From assembly GCA_016204005.1 (NCBI GenBank), contig JACQLS010000030.1, positions 25,952 through 89,951 on the forward strand: 64,000 nucleotides of DNA. Direction: 5' to 3'. Shown here piece by piece: positions 27,491 to 36,664 of this stretch. Positions within the stretch are counted from its first letter, which is position 1. Each line of letters begins with the position of its first letter. Source of the stretch: Parcubacteria group bacterium (GTDB taxonomy: Bacteria > Patescibacteriota > Minisyncoccia > Phycocordibacterales > UBA2135). The position numbers were made by a program, and so were the translations under genes. The notes beneath the pieces are model-generated. The model was not told the DNA's origin. It saw only the letters and a program-made list of their open reading frames with translations, and searched no databases.

Positions 27491-28762
27491 ATGCAAACCT
27501 TCTTCCAAAAATTCAAATTAGCTCTCAGTGATGCAACGCTCCGAAGGAGGATTCTCTTTGTCTTGGGCGCGCTTGTTATTTTTCGCATTCTCGCTGTTGT
27601 CCCAATTCCGGGGATTGATCCAGTGCGTCTCTCAGAATTTCTTTCGAATAACCAATTTTTTGGACTCCTCAACATCTTCTCAGGAGGCGGTTTGTCCAAT
27701 CTCTCTATTGTCATGTTGGGTGTTACCCCGTACATCACGGCCTCCATTATCATGCAGCTTTTGACTGTCATGTCAGCCAAGCTTAAGGCGCTCTACCATG
27801 AGGAGGGTGAGGCGGGGCGCAAGAGGTTCATGCAGTATTCGCGCCTCATCATGGTCCCGCTCGCGGTTATTCAGGGAGTTGGATTGATCCTCATCCTTTC
27901 ACGGCAGGGTGTCGTCGAGAGTTTGGGGGGCTTTGACCTATTGACCAACGTCATTGTTATCACGGCGGGATCGGTGCTCCTCATGTGGTTGGGAGAGCTC
28001 ATATCAGAATTTGGGATCGGCAACGGTGTCTCGCTTATTATCTTTGCGGGTATCGTGGCGGCACTTCCAGCTACGGTTCAACAGCTCATCTTCACCTTTG
28101 ATGTTGCCCAAATTCCTGTGTATCTCGGGTTCTTAACTGCGGCCATTATTATTGTTGCCGGTATTATCTGGATCACGGAGGCAGAACGGCCGATTCCTGT
28201 TTCTTATGCGAAAAGAGTCCGCGGAGGACGGATGTATGGCGGTATTCAAACATATCTCCCGTTGCGTTTGAACCAAGCGGGGGGTATCCCGATCATCTTT
28301 GCGCTCTCTATTCTCCTTTTCCCGCAAATGATTGTCAACTTTCTCGTAGGGGTAGACAATACCGCCGTACTTGCTGTGGGGAGGATGCTACAAGCGTTTT
28401 TCAACAACACCGTACTCTACGCCGCTTTCTATTTCTTCCTCGTGTTTTTCTTCACGTATTTTTACACTGCGGTGACGTTTGACCCGCACTCTATTGCCAC
28501 GAATCTTCAAAAGAACGGCGCCTTTATTCCCGGTGTACGCCCCGGCAACACAACAGCGGACTACATTGCGGCGATTTTGACGCGCATCACTCTTGTTGGC
28601 GCCCTTTTCCTTGGCACTGTGGCAGTTCTCCCCGTTGTCATGCAAGGTATTACCGGCATTACTGCATTTGCGATCGGAGGCACAAGCGTCCTCATCGTCG
28701 TTGCTGTTTTACTCGATCTCGTGAAAAAGATTGACGCGCAAATAGCAATGCGAGAATACTAA
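27491..28762 (+). CDS. secY: Preprotein translocase SecY
   Basis: FSGGGL, LGVTPYITASIIMQLL, GIGNGVSLIIFAGI, FIPGVRPG, GGTSVLIVV. Confidence 0.98.
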   Translation: MQTFFQKFKLALSDATLRRRILFVLGALVIFRILAVVPIPGIDPVRLSEFLSNNQFFGLLNIFSGGGLSNLSIVMLGVTPYITASIIMQLLTVMSAKLKALYHEEGEAGRKRFMQYSRLIMVPLAVIQGVGLILILSRQGVVESLGGFDLLTNVIVITAGSVLLMWLGELISEFGIGNGVSLIIFAGIVAALPATVQQLIFTFDVAQIPVYLGFLTAAIIIVAGIIWITEAERPIPVSYAKRVRGGRMYGGIQTYLPLRLNQAGGIPIIFALSILLFPQMIVNFLVGVDNTAVLAVGRMLQAFFNNTVLYAAFYFFLVFFFTYFYTAVTFDPHSIATNLQKNGAFIPGVRPGNTTADYIAAILTRITLVGALFLGTVAVLPVVMQGITGITAFAIGGTSVLIVVAVLLDLVKKIDAQIAMREY

Positions 28763-28764
28763 AA

Positions 28765-28892
28765 TAGTATATGGTATTTAGTATCTTGTATTTGGTATAG
28801 AAAACACACGCTCCGATGTTTTGTCCGAGCGCGTGTTTTGTTTTTGTGCGTACGTCGTATACTATATACCAAATACTAAATACTATATACTT
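28765..28892. repeat. Inverted heptamer array (TAGTATA-like) between secY and adk
   Basis: 5 units TAGTATA/TGGTATT/TAGTATC/TTGTATT/TGGTATA mirrored by TATACTA/TATACCA/AATACTA x2/TATACTT around an inner hairpin. Confidence 0.8.
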
Positions 28893-28898
28893 TTGTTT

Positions 28899-29480
28899 AT
28901 GGACAACGCCTACATTTTTATCGGCCGTTCCGGATGCGGCAAAGGAACACAAGCAGAGCTTTTGAAAGCCTATCTTGAAAAGAAAAATCCCGGGCAAAGG
29001 GTCATATGGTTTGGCACCGGGGAACGGTTCAGGACGTTTCTTAAAGAACCTGGACATACACAGGATATTGCTCGCGGTTATGTTGAAAGAGGCAAGCTCT
29101 CCCCTGAATTCTTGGCGATTCATATCTGGTCTCATTTTTTTATTGAGGATATTGTTGGCGGCGAAAGTGTCATCTTTGACGGCACGCCAAGAAAACTGAA
29201 TGAAGCGCGTGTGCTTGACGACGCCCTCGAGTTTTATGGCGCGAAGGTTTCGGTGATTTTTATAAATGTTTCTCGAGAGTGGGCGCGAGAACGTTTGCTC
29301 GGGCGAGGAAGACAGGATGACACAGAAGAATACATTAAAAATCGACTTGATTGGTTTGAAAGTGACGTTGCAGAGACGCTGGCTTTCTATAAGGACTCAA
29401 AACATGCCTTTCTCGAGATTAATGGCGAACAGCCAATACCAAAAGTACACGAGGATATCGTGAAGCAGCTTGAAGCGTAA
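28899..29480 (+). CDS. adk: Adenylate kinase (short LID type)
   Basis: GRSGCGKGTQ, DGTPR, RGRQDD; follows secY. Confidence 0.88.
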   Translation: MDNAYIFIGRSGCGKGTQAELLKAYLEKKNPGQRVIWFGTGERFRTFLKEPGHTQDIARGYVERGKLSPEFLAIHIWSHFFIEDIVGGESVIFDGTPRKLNEARVLDDALEFYGAKVSVIFINVSREWARERLLGRGRQDDTEEYIKNRLDWFESDVAETLAFYKDSKHAFLEINGEQPIPKVHEDIVKQLEA

Positions 29481-29490
29481 CGTATCAGTA

Positions 29491-30261
29491 ATGGCAATCT
29501 TTAGAAATGAGCAAGATATAGAGATTCTCCGAGAAGCCGGTCGCCGGCTTGCTTTTGTCGTGGGAGAGGTAGCGAAAAAAGCAGTTCCCGGAGTTTCCGA
29601 AGAAGCACTCGATCTCTACGCAGAGGAGTTAATCCTCAAGGGGGGAGACAAGCCGGCGTTTAAGGGATACCGACCTTCTGGCGCCCGCGCTCCTTACCCG
29701 TCGACGATTTGCATTCAGACGAACGATAAAGTGGTGCACGGCATTCCGACCGGCTACATCCTTAAAGAGGGCGACATCGTTGTCATAGATACCGGGCTCG
29801 AGCATAAGGGTTTCTTTACCGACATGGCAATCACCATCCCTATAGGAAAAGTCGATGCCGCCGCAAAGAAACTGATAACGACAACACGCGACGCGCTCTA
29901 CGCGGGGATCAAGGAAGCCCGTGCAGGTAATCGCCTCGGAGACATTGGCGCTTCTGTTGAAGCGGTAGTCAAGAAAACAGGATTCTCAATTGTCCCCGAG
30001 TTTGGAGGGCATGGTATCGGGAAGAAACAGCATGAGGACCCCTTTGTTGCCAATTACGGAAGAAAGAAAACCGGACCCCTTCTTGAAGAAGGCCTTGTCA
30101 TCGCCATTGAACCTATCGTCAATGAAGGTTCTCCGGAGGTGATCTTCGAAAAAGACGGCTACACCGTGCGTACCAAAGACGGAAAACGAAGCGCGCAGTT
30201 TGAACACACAATCCTTATTACCAAAGGGGATCCGGAAATCATCACAGACCTAAAAAACTAG
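29491..30261 (+). CDS. map: Methionine aminopeptidase type I
   Basis: VVHGIP, GHGIG, HEDP, AIEP, SAQFEHT. Confidence 0.97.
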   Translation: MAIFRNEQDIEILREAGRRLAFVVGEVAKKAVPGVSEEALDLYAEELILKGGDKPAFKGYRPSGARAPYPSTICIQTNDKVVHGIPTGYILKEGDIVVIDTGLEHKGFFTDMAITIPIGKVDAAAKKLITTTRDALYAGIKEARAGNRLGDIGASVEAVVKKTGFSIVPEFGGHGIGKKQHEDPFVANYGRKKTGPLLEEGLVIAIEPIVNEGSPEVIFEKDGYTVRTKDGKRSAQFEHTILITKGDPEIITDLKN

Positions 30262-30311
30262 TACACATTCTCCCATCGACTATTCTGCCATCACTACGTA
30301 TACTATAAGGA

Positions 30312-33044
30312 ATGGCAGTTGAAAGAGCCCCCATCCCGCAGCCGTTTACCACACCAGATGCAGAACTCGCGTACTTGCGGGAACGTCTTCGTCTAAAAGA
30401 GCGCGAGCTTGAGACCCGTGGTGAGAGAGATGCTTTAGCGAGAGCTGCAACGGAAACAGTGCAGGAACACGCCGCCCGATCTCCCGAAGAAGTACTTCCA
30501 AAAGAACAAGTGCTCCCCAAGGAGGAAGCTGAAGCTATAGCACTCAATCTTTCACCAGAGAAGCATGATGATCGCATGGGCGAGTTCCTCGGACTCCTTC
30601 AAGAGCGGGGTATTAAAAATGCCCTTTCGGTTATTGAGTCACTCAAGAGTCCTCATCTTGCAGACGATTTTCATCGTTTTTTGATTGCATATGTGAAAGG
30701 AGGGCATTCTGTCTATGGGTTGAAAGAGCGCGGAGAGTTATGGAAGTCACTGCGAATGACGCTCTACGAAGTTTTCTTGCCAGAAGCTGTGAAAGAAGAA
30801 CTTAAGGGGAAGACACTCAAAGAACTCCTCTCTTCTATGGAGCAGTTCTTCGCGGGAATGGCATCTATTTCCGACGTTTCCCCTGATACTACACGCCACT
30901 GGAGCGCTGAGTTGGCGCTCGCAGAGTCTGGGTCGGAAGTTGTTTTTTATGTTGCTGTTCCTGACACAAAGAAAGATCTTTTTGAAAAACAACTTCTTTC
31001 TGTCTTTCCTAAGGCAGAACTTTACGAACAAAAAGATGACTTCAACATCTTTAACGAGGGGGGGATTGCCGTTGGTGCTGTTGGGACATTTAAGCGGGAG
31101 GCGATTCTTCCCCTCAAGACATACGACACCTTTGACTACGATCCTTTGAATATCGTTCTCAACACGTTTTCAAAACTGGCAAAAGACGGAGAAGGCGCGG
31201 CGATACAATTTGTTTTTGAAGCAACGCCCAACTCACTCGTTGGAGACTATCGGAAGACATTGGAAAAAGTAGAGAAGGGAGCGTCACTCAAAGATGCCTA
31301 CGGCGGATCCTTCACCAAGGAGTTCATCAAGGCTTTTGGCGGCATCATGGGCGACAGTCCAAGTAAGGAGAAAGAGAAGCACGTTGATACCGCGGTTGTT
31401 GAGGCGATCCGCGCGAAAATCGCCGCGCCAATCATAAAAGCAAACATTCGCTTAATAGCTGGAGCTGCCGATTCCGCACGGGCGAAAGAAATTTTGAGTG
31501 ATATGGTGTCCGCATTTCGACAATTTGAAAATACGACAGGAAACACCCTTGTTTTTAAAGAAATGGAAGGCGGCAAAAAAGATGTCCTCTTGAAGTCATT
31601 TTCATACCGCTTATTTAACGAGAGCGAATCATTACCCTTGAACCTCCGTGAGGCGACGACTTTGATGCATCTCCCGTCGGCGGGTATTGAATCATCCCCG
31701 CACTTGAAGCAGGCGAAGAGCGGTGGAGCTCCAGCCCCCGTCGCGCTTCCCACAAGCGGCACCCTCTTGGGAGTGAACCACTATAGGAACACCGAAACAA
31801 AAGTATACCTTACGAAAGAAGACCGACTACGACACTTCTACGTCATCGGTCAGACGGGTACAGGAAAGACGACATTATTGAAAAATATGATCGTGCAGGA
31901 CATCCAAGATGGCGACGGTGTCTGCATGATTGACCCCCACGGCACGGACATTCAAGATGTCCTGGGGCTTATTCCCGATCATCGGAAGGAAGACGTCATC
32001 TATTTCGACCCGAGCAATTTGAATCGCGTCATGGGGCTTAACATGCTCGAGTATGACCCACGTTTTCCAGAGCAGAAGACCTTTGTTGTCAACGAGCTTT
32101 TTAGCATTTTCCAAAAGCTCTATGGGGCGGTACCGGAGTCTATGGGGCCCATGTTCGAACAGTACTTCAGAAATGCGACACTCCTTGTTCTTGAGGACCC
32201 TGAATCGGGGAATACACTCCTAGATGTGTCACGCGTGCTCTCGGACGCTACCTTCCGAAAAGCAAAACTTTCGAAATCCAAAAATCCCGTGATCAATCAG
32301 TTCTGGGAGGAAATCGCGGAGAAAACAGGCGGAGAAGCGGCGCTTTCAAACATCGTTCCCTACATCACGAGCAAATTCGACATCTTCACCGCGAACGACT
32401 TTATGCGACCAATCATTGCCCAGTCGAAATCGTCCTTCAACTTCCGCGAGATCATGGACTCTCGAAAGATTCTTCTTGTCAATCTTGCGAAGGGCCGGCT
32501 TGGAGCAATCAACTCGAACCTCCTCGGTCTCATTATTGTCGGAAAGATCCTCATGTCGGCCCTTTCGCGTGTCGACATCGTCGGGAAGGGTGAGGTGGCG
32601 CCGTTTTATCTCTACATCGATGAGTTCCAAAACGTCACGACAGATTCCATCTCAACTATTCTCTCTGAAGCTCGCAAGTATAAGCTTTCGCTCACCGTTG
32701 CCCACCAGTTCATTGCTCAACTCGAGGAAGGTATTCGCAACGCAGTCTTTGGAAACGTTGGTTCAATGGCCGCTTTCCGTGTAGGACCGGAAGATGCCGA
32801 ATTTCTAAAGCAGCAATTTACTCCGATTTTTGGAGCCAACGACCTCATGAATATCGACAATTTCAACGCGTACGTGCGCTTACTCGCGAACGGCCGTCCA
32901 GCGAAGCCGTTTAATATTCGCATTCCTCCGAAGCCGGAAGGCAACCCTGCCCAAGCTGAAGTACTAAAAGAGCTCTCCTCGCTCAAATATGGGCGACCGC
33001 GGGAAGACGTTGAGACCGAGATCGCCACTCGCTACAGCCTTTGA
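30312..33044 (+). CDS. VirD4/TraG-like (type IV secretion coupling / HerA-FtsK class) ATPase
   Basis: DRLRHFYVIGQTGTGKTT, IDPHG, Walker B YIDEFQN, LSEARKY, AHQFIAQL, FGNVG. Confidence 0.88.
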   Translation: MAVERAPIPQPFTTPDAELAYLRERLRLKERELETRGERDALARAATETVQEHAARSPEEVLPKEQVLPKEEAEAIALNLSPEKHDDRMGEFLGLLQERGIKNALSVIESLKSPHLADDFHRFLIAYVKGGHSVYGLKERGELWKSLRMTLYEVFLPEAVKEELKGKTLKELLSSMEQFFAGMASISDVSPDTTRHWSAELALAESGSEVVFYVAVPDTKKDLFEKQLLSVFPKAELYEQKDDFNIFNEGGIAVGAVGTFKREAILPLKTYDTFDYDPLNIVLNTFSKLAKDGEGAAIQFVFEATPNSLVGDYRKTLEKVEKGASLKDAYGGSFTKEFIKAFGGIMGDSPSKEKEKHVDTAVVEAIRAKIAAPIIKANIRLIAGAADSARAKEILSDMVSAFRQFENTTGNTLVFKEMEGGKKDVLLKSFSYRLFNESESLPLNLREATTLMHLPSAGIESSPHLKQAKSGGAPAPVALPTSGTLLGVNHYRNTETKVYLTKEDRLRHFYVIGQTGTGKTTLLKNMIVQDIQDGDGVCMIDPHGTDIQDVLGLIPDHRKEDVIYFDPSNLNRVMGLNMLEYDPRFPEQKTFVVNELFSIFQKLYGAVPESMGPMFEQYFRNATLLVLEDPESGNTLLDVSRVLSDATFRKAKLSKSKNPVINQFWEEIAEKTGGEAALSNIVPYITSKFDIFTANDFMRPIIAQSKSSFNFREIMDSRKILLVNLAKGRLGAINSNLLGLIIVGKILMSALSRVDIVGKGEVAPFYLYIDEFQNVTTDSISTILSEARKYKLSLTVAHQFIAQLEEGIRNAVFGNVGSMAAFRVGPEDAEFLKQQFTPIFGANDLMNIDNFNAYVRLLANGRPAKPFNIRIPPKPEGNPAQAEVLKELSSLKYGRPREDVETEIATRYSL

Positions 33045-33086
33045 TTTGTTTTATACTGTAGGCATTAGTTACACAACGTTTCCATT

Positions 33087-35435
33087 ATGGCAAACTTCGA
33101 AAGACCAATGAGTACTGGAGGAGCTGAAGGTGCCCCCGAAGCACCACGTCAGGCAACTCGGGCAGAAAAAGCGAAGCTTACGCGGCAGATAAACATACTT
33201 GAGCGTCAATTGGAGAAACTCGCACACGAGGACAGGGAGCAGCCCGGAGCACAAGCGGAGCGCGAGAGAATCGGTGCCGAGCGAAACAGGCTTTGGGATT
33301 TGCGGAATCAGATGGATACGGAAGTTGCCTCCTCTGAAGCGGTATTTCCAAACGTACCCATGGGCGAAGGAACTTTTGATGAAGCCGAGAGTGCGCCCCA
33401 AGAAATGCGCGTTGCTGGGGAGACGTACGAAGATACACCCCCTCCTACTCCCGAAACGCTTCGCCCTGACACGCAAGAAAAAGCAGAAGAGCCCAAGGCG
33501 CACTTCTCTTACAAATGGACTGGCCGTAGGACGGGAGAGCCGGGAGAGGCCGAAGAAATAGCAAGAGAGGAAGCGGAGCGCGAGGAAAAGTTAAGGGCTT
33601 TAGGCAAAAAGACCCCCCAAAAAAACAAGGGGGATATTCCCGTGAGGCAGGAACCTTCAGAACCGGTTGTGTGGGATAGTTCAAAGACAACAGGGAGAAG
33701 GACAAAGGGAGAAGAAGCAATTGATAGCAGAGTAACGGCATTCAAAAAAAAGATTCGTGGTATTGCAGATGGTACGATCCCCGTACCTCTTGCGGGAGAA
33801 ACTCCCGCAAGAGAAACACTCACTGCGGAAGAGGAGCCAACTCCTCTCTATGATGCCGCTGTCAGGGAGGGGTATATCAAAGAGGAACTGAAACCGCGCA
33901 GGAGACGCCAAGCGCTCGTTACACCCAAAGCAGATGCGGAGTTTCCAGGAGAAGTGAGCGAAGCAGAAAGACGGCACCTAGAAGAGCTTGGCCGCATGAC
34001 GCCATGGACGGGTGAAGAGTCTCCCGAAGTCGGAAGAGAAATGACCCCAGAGGAGCAAGGAAGGCGATTAGAGGAATGGTTGGGCGAAATGCAGAACTCC
34101 ATTAGGGCTGAAGCAGAAAGGAAAAGCCTCTGGCAGTATATGAGAGGAGCTTCAGAACGTTATGCGAAACTTCCTTTCTATCAAAAAATTGCTGTTGGAC
34201 TCGCTCTTACAGCAGGTGTTGGAAGTGGAGCACTTCTTGGTGGTCCCGCAGGGCTCGCAATCACGGCGGGTGCAATGGGTGCAAAACTTGGTGTTGGTTT
34301 TCTCACATTCCTTGGCACATACGAAGCTGTCGAGTCGTTGGCGGAACGGTCAAGGGAGAGACAAGTAAAGTTTTGGAACAAATACCCTAGAGTTCTTGGC
34401 GCTGTTGCCGGAGCAATCACGGGGGGCATTTCAGCGTACAGTATCGGGCAGGCTCTTGAATGGGTGGCGGACAATTTCGCATCCAGCGCTACCGAAGGTG
34501 CAGCGCGCGTTGCTGTCGAGGCAGCCGACCGGGGAGGCCAAGTAGTGGCAGAAGTCAGACCGGGCCTCGTAGAACCAAAGGTAGTAACTCCGGAGATGCC
34601 TCCTGCGTCAGATTATGCAGAGGGGTCGGGTGTATATGCCGTTGGAGGAGAAGTGGGTTCCCAAGAAAGTGTTGTCCAGATTGGCGCCGAAGCCGCGCGC
34701 ACTATTACAGCAGAAGTTGCGAAGGGTGACACTGTGTGGGGGCTCTTGAAGAACGGATTAGGAGAGAAGCTCGCAGGGCTTTCCCCAGAACAGCAAACCT
34801 ACGTCATTGATGGGCTCAAAGACAAACTTGCGGCGATGACTCCGGCAGAATTGAAGGACCTCGGTATTAAGAGCGGCAACATTGATCGCATCTTCCCTGG
34901 GCAAAAGCTTGATTTCACGTCTCTCCTTGGGGATTCTTCTCTTGTTGAGAAACTTAAAGCTGGAGCAGAAAACCTTACCGCAGAACAGCTACAGAATATC
35001 CGAGAGGGAGGAGTTGCACTACCCCCCACTCCATTAGCTGAGGCGATGGAGGCGCCTACCGTTGAACAAGCAGCCGAGGTTTTGGAAAAGGGGGCTGAAG
35101 TAGTCGTGAATGAAGAGGCTGGATCCGTGGAACACATGGGCACAGAGGTTTTCTTTGATAAGTCGGCAGCGAACATCTATGAGCAAGGCAACGGCGAGCT
35201 CATAGCTTGGGGCGGCACGGATGATGCAAAAGCGGCGCTTGCGGAACGTATTGCGGGGGAAACGGGGAAGCAAGTGCGTGTGGACGCTTCCATGGGTTCT
35301 TACTATGTAACCCCGGAGGGTTCGCGTGTTTCAATAGAAGAAACATTTAAAAGTTTTGGTGATTGGTGGAGTCGCCTTTGGGGGAACATGCCGGAGCCTG
35401 AAGGAGTGGCCACCATGCTTACGCGTAATAAATAG
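33087..35435 (+). CDS. Large hypothetical protein: acidic low-complexity N-terminus, glycine-zipper hydrophobic segments, LysM-like domain
   Basis: GLALTAGVGSGALLGGPAGLA; GAVAGAITGG; AKGDTVWGL...IDRIFPGQKL. Confidence 0.8.
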   Translation: MANFERPMSTGGAEGAPEAPRQATRAEKAKLTRQINILERQLEKLAHEDREQPGAQAERERIGAERNRLWDLRNQMDTEVASSEAVFPNVPMGEGTFDEAESAPQEMRVAGETYEDTPPPTPETLRPDTQEKAEEPKAHFSYKWTGRRTGEPGEAEEIAREEAEREEKLRALGKKTPQKNKGDIPVRQEPSEPVVWDSSKTTGRRTKGEEAIDSRVTAFKKKIRGIADGTIPVPLAGETPARETLTAEEEPTPLYDAAVREGYIKEELKPRRRRQALVTPKADAEFPGEVSEAERRHLEELGRMTPWTGEESPEVGREMTPEEQGRRLEEWLGEMQNSIRAEAERKSLWQYMRGASERYAKLPFYQKIAVGLALTAGVGSGALLGGPAGLAITAGAMGAKLGVGFLTFLGTYEAVESLAERSRERQVKFWNKYPRVLGAVAGAITGGISAYSIGQALEWVADNFASSATEGAARVAVEAADRGGQVVAEVRPGLVEPKVVTPEMPPASDYAEGSGVYAVGGEVGSQESVVQIGAEAARTITAEVAKGDTVWGLLKNGLGEKLAGLSPEQQTYVIDGLKDKLAAMTPAELKDLGIKSGNIDRIFPGQKLDFTSLLGDSSLVEKLKAGAENLTAEQLQNIREGGVALPPTPLAEAMEAPTVEQAAEVLEKGAEVVVNEEAGSVEHMGTEVFFDKSAANIYEQGNGELIAWGGTDDAKAALAERIAGETGKQVRVDASMGSYYVTPEGSRVSIEETFKSFGDWWSRLWGNMPEPEGVATMLTRNK

Positions 35436-35453
35436 AAGCAGTTAATTAACTAC

Positions 35454-35488
35454 TACTCACTACTTACTACTAACTACCCACTAATCAT
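35454..35488 (+). repeat. Heptamer tandem array (TACTCAC-like) before ATG
   Basis: TACTCAC TACTTAC TACTAAC TACCCAC TAATCAT. Confidence 0.7.
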
Positions 35489-35806
35489 ATGGCACTGCTC
35501 CAAAGTAATCTCCAGAGTAAAATTGCGACCGAACTCGGCGTTGGCAATCTTCCCCCAGAAAGTCAAAAACGCATTATTGCACGACTCGGAGAAATCATCC
35601 TCCAGCGCGCAACAATGAACATTCTGGACGTACTCCCAGAAGAAAAACGCGGTGAGTTTGGCAAACTTGCGGCAGGCGATGACCAGTCGGCAGTAGAAGC
35701 TTTTTTGAAACAATTTGTGCCAAATGCGGACGAACTGGTAAACGCCGCGATTAAGCAAGAAGTGGAAGCGTTCAAGGGGTTTAAGGCACAACTTGCCGCG
35801 AGCTAG
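35489..35806 (+). CDS. Small helical protein, DUF5663-like (recalled as common in CPR)
   Basis: ELGVGNLPPESQ...LPEEKRGEF...FLKQFVPN pattern. Confidence 0.7.
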   Translation: MALLQSNLQSKIATELGVGNLPPESQKRIIARLGEIILQRATMNILDVLPEEKRGEFGKLAAGDDQSAVEAFLKQFVPNADELVNAAIKQEVEAFKGFKAQLAAS

Positions 35807-35869
35807 ACCGACTTTTCAATACAACGGGGGGATGTTAGAGTGGAATCATCCGCTCTAACTTTGTTTAGT

Positions 35870-36652
35870 ATGAAAGATTCTTTCGAGAAACCATCACAAC
35901 AAGAGGTTGATCCTGATCGGGAACCTTACCCCGAAATCGAGGAGCTCAAGGATCCCCTTGAGAATATCTTCAACCAACTCGCCGAAGGCATCGAGAACGG
36001 CGAATGGTATGACCTCATTGTCGGCGATGATGCCTCGGGCCGCATCCCGACCCTTATTGTTGCTGGAGTGCTTAAAGAAATCGCAGAAGCCCGCGGACTT
36101 GAAAAACCGGATATGCTCTTTTTTGCGGGGGTGAAAGACGTAGCGCTTAAAAAGAAGCGAAAGAGAGAAATTGTGGAGGTACTAAAACAACATGAGAAAT
36201 GGAGTGGAACGGCGCACAAACGAGCGCTTTTGGTTACTGACACCATCGCTTCGGGAGAGACAATCAGAGACATTACTGACGCGTTAAAGGAGCAAGATAT
36301 TTTCTTTAAAATCATTACAATAGGCACCACTTTTGGAGTTCCCAAGACCGAGGAGCAGGTGAAGGAGTCTCGTGAATATATATTAGGAGGCAAGATCATC
36401 TCTGGCATGCGTGGTACCCCTAAAATTTACCAGATGCATACTTATGGTGGTGTGCAAAAGGAGGACAAAGCGAGCATTCATGCTTTGCCGATAAGAACAG
36501 CCTTATCGCAGACGGGGAGTGATTATCCTCCAAACAGCTTCCAAAAAAACATCAACGAAGCCCGCGCCGACAGCAAAGAAATCGCCCACGAAATCGCGGA
36601 GAAGTATTTAGCAGAACACCCCCAAAAAGCTACGGGGAGAAAAGCGGCGTAA
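35870..36652 (+). CDS. Hypothetical protein with PRTase-like motif
   Basis: LIVGDDASGR and ALLVTDTIASGET (PRPP-loop-like); start moved to ATG 35870. Confidence 0.7.
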   Translation: MKDSFEKPSQQEVDPDREPYPEIEELKDPLENIFNQLAEGIENGEWYDLIVGDDASGRIPTLIVAGVLKEIAEARGLEKPDMLFFAGVKDVALKKKRKREIVEVLKQHEKWSGTAHKRALLVTDTIASGETIRDITDALKEQDIFFKIITIGTTFGVPKTEEQVKESREYILGGKIISGMRGTPKIYQMHTYGGVQKEDKASIHALPIRTALSQTGSDYPPNSFQKNINEARADSKEIAHEIAEKYLAEHPQKATGRKAA

Positions 36653-36664
36653 CCATACTATACT

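Noticed and set aside
30312-33044. Conjugative element or HerA-type defence system
   Set aside because: No relaxase, VirB4, pilus, NurA or SIR2 partner nearby; embedded among housekeeping genes.
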